Below, piece after piece: positions 42,072-46,854 of a stretch of 46,854 nt of DNA. The stretch comes from Thermoanaerobaculia bacterium (GTDB lineage: Bacteria; Acidobacteriota; Thermoanaerobaculia; UBA5066; Gp7-AA6). The position numbers were made by a program, and so were the translations under genes. The stretch lies in contig DASWIB010000072.1 in assembly GCA_036397915.1 (NCBI GenBank), positions 1 through 46,854 on the forward strand, given 5' to 3'. The notes below the pieces were generated by a model. It saw only the letters and a program-made list of their open reading frames with translations. It did no database searches and had not been told where the DNA came from. Position 1 is the stretch's first letter. The number at the start of each line of letters is the position of its first letter.

Positions 42072-44170
42072 AGTTCTCGCTCGATTGGCTGGCGGATCAC
42101 GTCGCGCTCGCCGATGCCGGCGGCGCCGAGGGCGCGCGGCGCCTGCTCGACCAGGCAGGCCTTCCCGTCGAGTCGTCCGAGGAAGTCGGCCGAGAGGTGG
42201 TCTTCGACGTCGAGATCACGCCGAACCGGCCGGACGCGATGAGCCACCGGGGTCTCGCGCGCGAGGTGGCGGCGATGGCGGGGATCGCTTTCCGAGCGGA
42301 CGGCCCCGAAGACCGCCGCGAGCTTGCGACCGACGGTCCCGCGGTCGAGGAGCTCGCGTCCGTCGAGATCCAGGTCCCGAGGCTCTGCCGCCGTTTTGGC
42401 GCGAGGGTCATCCGCGGGACCCGCAGCGTGCCGTCGGCAGATCGCGTCCGCTCCCGTCTCGCCGCGATCGGATCGAAGCCGATCGACGCGGCGGTCGACG
42501 CGACGAACTACGCTCTCTGGGACGTCGGGCAGCCGCTCCACGCGTTCGACCTCGACCGGCTCGCCGGCTCTCGCATCGTCGTGCGAAAGGCGAAGCGCGG
42601 CGAGAAGCTCGTCACACTCGACGGAGTCGAGCGCACACTCGAGCCTTCCGACATCGTCGTGGCCGATGCGGAGCGCGCGGTCTCCCTTGCCGGGATCATG
42701 GGCGGCCACGATACGGCAGTCACCGAGCGGACGACGAACGTCCTCCTCGAAGCCGCCTGGTGGGATCCGGTCGCGATCCGGCGCACGTCCCGGCGGCTCG
42801 GAATGCACACGGACGCCTCGCACCGGTTCGAGCGCGGCGCGGACCCGGAAGCGATCCCGCATGCACTCGATCTTGCGGCGCGGCTCCTGCTCGACTCCGC
42901 CGGCGGCACGCTCGCTCCCGGATGGATCGACGCGCGCGGGACCGCGTGGTCGCGCCGGCGCGTCGTGCTGCGTTTGGACCGCCTCCGGCTTCTCTCCGGG
43001 GATCCGCGGCTCGATCTGGTGTTCGCGGCTGATGCTCTGGCGCGCCTCGGCTTCACGGTCGCGAAGAAGAGCGCGAAGCGGCTGACCGCCGAAGTGCCGT
43101 CGTGGCGTCCCGACGTTTCGATCGAAGAGGACCTGGTCGAGGAGGTCCTGCGTGCGTGGGGCTACGACCGGCTTCCCTCGCGCCTGCCTGTCACGGCCGG
43201 CGCGGGGGGACACCTCGAGCCTCTGCGGATCGTCGAGGAGGAGCTGACCGACGAAGCGGTCGCCGCCGGACTCCACGAGACGTTCTCCTACCCGTTCGTC
43301 GATCGGGAAGCGGACGAGTCCTCTTTCTCGGCGTGGCTCGAGGCGACCGGGACCGCGTCGGAGCCGCTCTCCGTCGCGAACCCGGTAGACGCCTCCCACC
43401 CGGACCTGCGGGCGACGTTGCTTCCGGGCCTGCTCGACGCCGTTTCCCGCAACTTCCGCCACGGCGCGCGCGAGGTCGGCCTCTTCGAATCGGGACGAAC
43501 GTTCGGCGCGGCGGGTGACCCCGCGCATCCCGAGAGCTTCGAGTCGCGCCGCTTCGCATTCGCGCTCGGGGGCGAGGCGAGGGCGCACTGGAGCGCTCCG
43601 GTTGCCGCGCGCGGGGCGGACTTCTTCGACGCGAAGGGACTCCTGGAACGGCTCCTCGAGCGGTGGCGGCCGGGCGAGACGCTCCTGTGGAAGCCGTTCG
43701 CGGCGCCGGCCTTCGCCGCCGGAGCGGCAGCCCTCTGCGAGAGCGACGACGGGGCGGTCATCGGCGTCGTCGGTGTGGTCGGCGAGTCGGAGCGGGACCG
43801 GCGTCGCCTTCCCGAGCGCGTGTGTGCGGGGGAGATCGTCGTCGAGGCGATTCCGCGGGGCGAGAGATCCGTTCGCTTCCGGGGGTACTCGCCGTTCCCC
43901 CCGATCGTGGCCGACCTCTCCTTCGCGCACCCCCGCGCCCTCGCCTGGGAGAGGATCGAGGATTTCGCCCGTGGCCTCGCCCTCGCGAACCTGGAGTCGT
44001 TGAAACTTCTCGATCGCTACGAGGGTCCGGGGGTCGCGGAAGGCGACGTCAAGACGACGATCCGCCTCACGTTCCGCTCTCCCGTGCGGACGCTCGAGCA
44101 GGAAGAGGTCAACTCGGAGAGAAACCGACTGGCCGACGCTCTTCGCGAAGATCTCAGGGTCAGGATCTGA
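42068..44170 (+). CDS. pheT: Phenylalanine--tRNA ligase beta subunit, short form lacking the N-terminal OB tRNA-binding domain
   Basis: GTG at 42068 overlaps the pheS stop (GTGA). VKFSLDWLADHV... runs within ~45 aa into FDVEITPNRPDAMSHRG. B3_4, B5 and C-terminal FDX-ACB-like segments are present. The track ORF start at 41825 is an upstream extension overlapping pheS. Confidence 0.92.
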   Translation: MKFSLDWLADHVALADAGGAEGARRLLDQAGLPVESSEEVGREVVFDVEITPNRPDAMSHRGLAREVAAMAGIAFRADGPEDRRELATDGPAVEELASVEIQVPRLCRRFGARVIRGTRSVPSADRVRSRLAAIGSKPIDAAVDATNYALWDVGQPLHAFDLDRLAGSRIVVRKAKRGEKLVTLDGVERTLEPSDIVVADAERAVSLAGIMGGHDTAVTERTTNVLLEAAWWDPVAIRRTSRRLGMHTDASHRFERGADPEAIPHALDLAARLLLDSAGGTLAPGWIDARGTAWSRRRVVLRLDRLRLLSGDPRLDLVFAADALARLGFTVAKKSAKRLTAEVPSWRPDVSIEEDLVEEVLRAWGYDRLPSRLPVTAGAGGHLEPLRIVEEELTDEAVAAGLHETFSYPFVDREADESSFSAWLEATGTASEPLSVANPVDASHPDLRATLLPGLLDAVSRNFRHGAREVGLFESGRTFGAAGDPAHPESFESRRFAFALGGEARAHWSAPVAARGADFFDAKGLLERLLERWRPGETLLWKPFAAPAFAAGAAALCESDDGAVIGVVGVVGESERDRRRLPERVCAGEIVVEAIPRGERSVRFRGYSPFPPIVADLSFAHPRALAWERIEDFARGLALANLESLKLLDRYEGPGVAEGDVKTTIRLTFRSPVRTLEQEEVNSERNRLADALREDLRVRI

Positions 44171-44208
44171 GGTAGGTTTCGGACCTGTAACCCTCCGGAA
44201 GGAGCGGA

Positions 44209-44526
44209 ATGGACACGAGCAGGATCTTCGACACGCTCGATCGGAAGATCGAAAAGCTCCTGGCGCGCCTGGAGAGCCTCGAAGGAGAGAACGACAAGCT
44301 GAAGGCGGATCTCGCGGCCGCCCGGCGCGCCGAGAAGGACGCCGCGGACTCGCGCGGAGCCGTCGAACGGCTGAAAGCCGATCTCGCGGCCGCCCGGCGC
44401 GCCGAGAAGGATGCGGCCGACTCGCGCGACGCGGTCGAGCGGCTCGAGCGCGACCAGGACGCCGTCCGCGAGCGCTTGGAGAAGTTGATCGGGACGCTCG
44501 AGGCCGCGGAGGCGAGGAAGGGCTGA
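44209..44526 (+). CDS. Small coiled-coil protein, ZapB-like (contains a 24-aa tandem duplication)
   Basis: 105 aa, heptad-rich (LLARLESLEGENDKLKADL...). AGGAG-type RBS (ggaaggagcgga ATG). Sits immediately upstream of zapA. The family call is positional and compositional only. Confidence 0.45.
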   Translation: MDTSRIFDTLDRKIEKLLARLESLEGENDKLKADLAAARRAEKDAADSRGAVERLKADLAAARRAEKDAADSRDAVERLERDQDAVRERLEKLIGTLEAAEARKG

Positions 44527-44549
44527 AGTCGCCTGTCCGGCGTAAACCG

Positions 44550-44579
44550 TTGACTCCGCTGGCCTGACGAAACTACACT
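44550..44579 (+). promoter_or_regulatory. Candidate sigma-70-type promoter upstream of zapA
   Basis: TTGACT (44550-44555), 18-nt spacer, TACACT (44574-44579). Pattern match only. Confidence 0.3.
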
Positions 44580-44614
44580 CAGCCATTGAAAGGAGCCAAT
44601 TCGAGGCCACCGCG

Positions 44615-44908
44615 GTGGAGAAGCGGGGCAGTGTGACGCAGGTCGAGATCTTCGGCCAGACTTACAGCGTTCGGGCCGAAGGCGACAGCACCTACATCCA
44701 TGACCTCGCCCGCTTCGTCGACTCGCGAATGAAGGAAGTGGCCGAACGGGCAGCAACGGTGGACACGACCAAGATCGCCATCCTCGCTGCCCTGAACATC
44801 ACGGACGATCTCTATCAGGCGGAGAAGCGTCGAACGGGCGAGCCGACGGACTTCCGGGTCCGGGCGGAGCGCCTGATTCGAAAACTGGACGACGCCCTGG
44901 GAAGCTGA
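44615..44908 (+). CDS. zapA: Cell division protein ZapA
   Basis: 97 aa (GTG start). VEIFGQTYSVRAEGDSTYIHDLARFVDSRMKEV...KIAILAALNITDDL. Confidence 0.8.
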   Translation: MEKRGSVTQVEIFGQTYSVRAEGDSTYIHDLARFVDSRMKEVAERAATVDTTKIAILAALNITDDLYQAEKRRTGEPTDFRVRAERLIRKLDDALGS

Positions 44909-45078
44909 AGGCGAGGCGTCGGCGACCCCGAGAGTCTCGGGGAACACGAGATGAAACGAGCGGCCGGTTGAGAAGACGAACCATTTTCGAGGTCCAGAAC
45001 CCTCGTCGGAAGAGTCCCTTCCGGGAAATCGTGTAGCCGCGTCCCGACTTCGGCGCCCTCGGGTCTGAGGGAGCCGAA

Positions 45079-46644
45079 ATGGATACATCGATCGCGATCC
45101 CGATCGCGGCGGCAATCGTCGCCGTCGTATTCGCGTTGTTCGCGTACTTCCTCCTGCGGGCCCAGGTCCGCCGGGAGCGGGCGGAGATTCGCATCCAGGC
45201 CGACCGCGTCCTCGCCGACGCGAACAAGGCCGCGGACGCTCGTCTCCGGGAAGCCGCGATCGAGGCCAAGGAGAAGGTCCTCGCCGCCCAGGTGGAGTTC
45301 GACAGGACGATCCAGGCCCGGCGGCAGGACGTCGCGCTCCTCGAAAAGCGGGTCGCGCAAAAGGAGGAGAACCTCGACCGGAAGCTCGGCCAGCAGGAAA
45401 AGCGCGAGGAGGAGTTCGCCCGCAAGGAGAAAGACCTCGCGGACTCCCAGAAGGCGGTCGAGAGCGCCCACGCGGACGCCCAGCAGCTGATCGAGAACCA
45501 GCAGAAGCGCCTCGAGCAGATCTCCGGCCTGACGGCGGCGGACGCCAAGCGGGACCTGGTCCGGTCCATCGAGAACGAGGCCCGTGTCGAGGCGGCGGGC
45601 CTGATGCGCCGAATCGAAGAAGAGGCGATCGAGCAAGCGACCCAGAAGGCGCGTCACCAGATCGGGATGGCGATCCAGAGGCTCGCCTCCGATACGGTCG
45701 TCGAGGCGACGGTTTCGGTGGTGGAGCTTCCGTCCGACGACCTGAAGGGCCGGATCATCGGCCGCGAGGGGCGAAACATCCGCGCACTCGAAGCCGCGAC
45801 GGGAGTCGATCTCATCATCGACGACACGCCGGAGGCGATCGTCATCAGCGCGTTCGAGCCGATCCGCCGCGAGGTCGCGCGCATCGCCCTCGAGAAGCTG
45901 ATCGTCGACGGCCGGATCCACCCGGCACGAATCGAGGAGATCGTCGAGAAGGTTCGGTCCGAGCTCTGGGAGAAAATCCGCCAGGAGGGGGAGTCGACTG
46001 CTCTCGAGTTCTCGATTCCCGACCTGCACCCGGAGCTGATCAAGCTACTCGGGCGGCTGAAGTATCGGACGTCCTATGGCCAGAACGTGCTTCAGCACTC
46101 GAAAGAAGTCGCCTGGCTCGCGGCGAACATGGCCGGGGAGCTAGGCGCGAAGTCCGAGGTCGCGAAGCGCGCGGGACTGCTGCACGACATCGGCAAAGCG
46201 ATCGACCGGGAGATGGAAGGCACGCATCTCGAGCTCGGCCGCGAGGTCTTGAAGAAGTTCGGCGAGACCGACGAAGTGATCCACGCGATGGAGTGCCATC
46301 ACGGCGATTACGAGCCGCGCTCGCTCGAAGCCGTGCTCGTCAACGGCGCCGACGCGCTCTCCGCGGCCCGGCCCGGCGCTCGACGGGAGATCCTGGAGAC
46401 CTACGTCAAGCGGCTCGAAAAGCTCGAGCACATCGCCGACGGATTCAAGGGCGTCCAGAAGGCCTTCGCCATCCAGGCGGGGAGAGAGCTGCGCATCATC
46501 GTCGAAGCGAACCGTGTCTCCGACGACGAAGCGCTCTGGCTCTCGCGCGACATCGCGAAAAAGATCGAGGCCGAGCTGCAGTACCCGGGACAGATCAAGG
46601 TCACGGTCATCCGCGAGACGCGGTCGGTCGAGTACGCGCGGTGA
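45079..46644 (+). CDS. rny: Ribonuclease Y
   Basis: 521 aa. N-terminal TM helix, long coiled coil, KH ([15 protein letters not shown]), HD domain (HSKEVA...LLHDIGKA). Confidence 0.95.
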   Translation: MDTSIAIPIAAAIVAVVFALFAYFLLRAQVRRERAEIRIQADRVLADANKAADARLREAAIEAKEKVLAAQVEFDRTIQARRQDVALLEKRVAQKEENLDRKLGQQEKREEEFARKEKDLADSQKAVESAHADAQQLIENQQKRLEQISGLTAADAKRDLVRSIENEARVEAAGLMRRIEEEAIEQATQKARHQIGMAIQRLASDTVVEATVSVVELPSDDLKGRIIGREGRNIRALEAATGVDLIIDDTPEAIVISAFEPIRREVARIALEKLIVDGRIHPARIEEIVEKVRSELWEKIRQEGESTALEFSIPDLHPELIKLLGRLKYRTSYGQNVLQHSKEVAWLAANMAGELGAKSEVAKRAGLLHDIGKAIDREMEGTHLELGREVLKKFGETDEVIHAMECHHGDYEPRSLEAVLVNGADALSAARPGARREILETYVKRLEKLEHIADGFKGVQKAFAIQAGRELRIIVEANRVSDDEALWLSRDIAKKIEAELQYPGQIKVTVIRETRSVEYAR

Positions 46645-46712
46645 CGTAGGACGTGAGACGTAAGACGTAACACGAATGTCCACGACTCACGTCTCACCTC
46701 TCACGTCTCACG
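46643..46712. repeat. Inverted pair of heptanucleotide arrays (GACGTRA x4 / TCTCACG x4), hairpin-forming
   Basis: gacgtag gacgtga gacgtaa gacgtaa cacgaat | gtccacg actcacg tctcacc tctcacg tctcacg. cgtgagacgt (46652-46661) is perfectly complementary to acgtctcacg (46703-46712). Lies between rny and the ymdB-like gene. Confidence 0.8.
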
Positions 46713-46719
46713 CCCCACG

Positions 46720-46854
46720 ATGAATATCCTGTTCATCGGCGACGTCGTCGGCCAGCCGGGCCGGCGTGCGCTCGAGCGCGGGCTGCTTCCGCTCATCGAC
46801 CGGCGCCGGATCGACTTCACGATCGTGAACGTCGAGAACGCCCCCGGCGGCGTC
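46720..46854 (+). CDS. YmdB-like metallophosphoesterase (TIGR00282 type), N-terminal 45 codons only
   Basis: Own translation: [45 protein letters not shown]. The N-terminal metallophosphoesterase motif and rny adjacency match Bacillus rny-ymdB. Runs off the right edge. Confidence 0.8.
   Translation, partial: MNILFIGDVVGQPGRRALERGLLPLIDRRRIDFTIVNVENAPGGV

Noticed and set aside
44909-45078. Possible 6S RNA (ssrS) in the 170-nt zapA-rny spacer, by analogy with zapA-ssrS synteny in proteobacteria.
   Set aside because: I could find only short local hairpins (for example ccccgaga-g-tctcgggg at 44926-44942). There is no long closing helix pairing the two ends and no recognisable central bubble. 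The region must also hold the rny promoter and RBS. A covariance-model search (Rfam 6S) would be needed to revive this.

Overview
GC-rich bacterial chromosomal segment. The CarboxypepD_reg-type TonB receptor, the gene content and the repeat families suggest an Acidobacteriota-like genome, but that is inference only. I support about 40 protein genes, 2 tRNA genes, 4 intrinsic terminators and many intergenic repeats. Two conserved housekeeping blocks dominate. On the minus strand: rimP-nusA-infB-DUF503-rbfA-truB-rpsO-pnp (16.8-26.3 kb). On the plus strand: tRNA-Val x2, then thrS-infC-rpmI-rplT-pheS-pheT, a ZapB-like gene, zapA, rny and a ymdB-like gene (37.4-46.9 kb). The remainder is envelope, stress and metabolic genes: a TonB-dependent receptor (runs off the left edge and is absent from the supplied ORF track), a CPBP protease, a secreted HExxH protease, an RsbW/RsbV-like pair, a polyprenyl synthase coupled to an alkaline-phosphatase-superfamily membrane protein, an MDR oxidoreductase, GT4, DUF2905, RadC, MetRS, TatD, a lipoprotein, a TonB-like protein, HtrA, an orphan sigma-54 activator, PyrE, LOG, and a GtrB-like GT2 + GT-C-like membrane protein + methyltransferase cluster. 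I do not see a recognisable new multi-gene defence, secretion or biosynthetic system, nor CRISPR, prophage or transposase genes. The most unusual content is non-coding, in four repeat classes. (B) Mosaic arrays of hairpin modules with C-GNA-G triloops, tandem G.A steps and compensatory stem changes, at 6 loci. (A) A REP-like ~50-nt element with a GGGGACC-TTGC-GGTCCCC hairpin, 8 copies at 6 loci, some bracketing single genes. (C) A ~95-nt MITE-like element with 16-nt terminal inverted repeats, 2 copies. (H) Locus-specific tandem heptanucleotide arrays at gene ends, often as inverted pairs. These elements sit even inside normally compact operons such as rpmI|rplT and the nusA-infB-pnp block. Many long ORFs in the track are antisense or out-of-frame artefacts of high GC.
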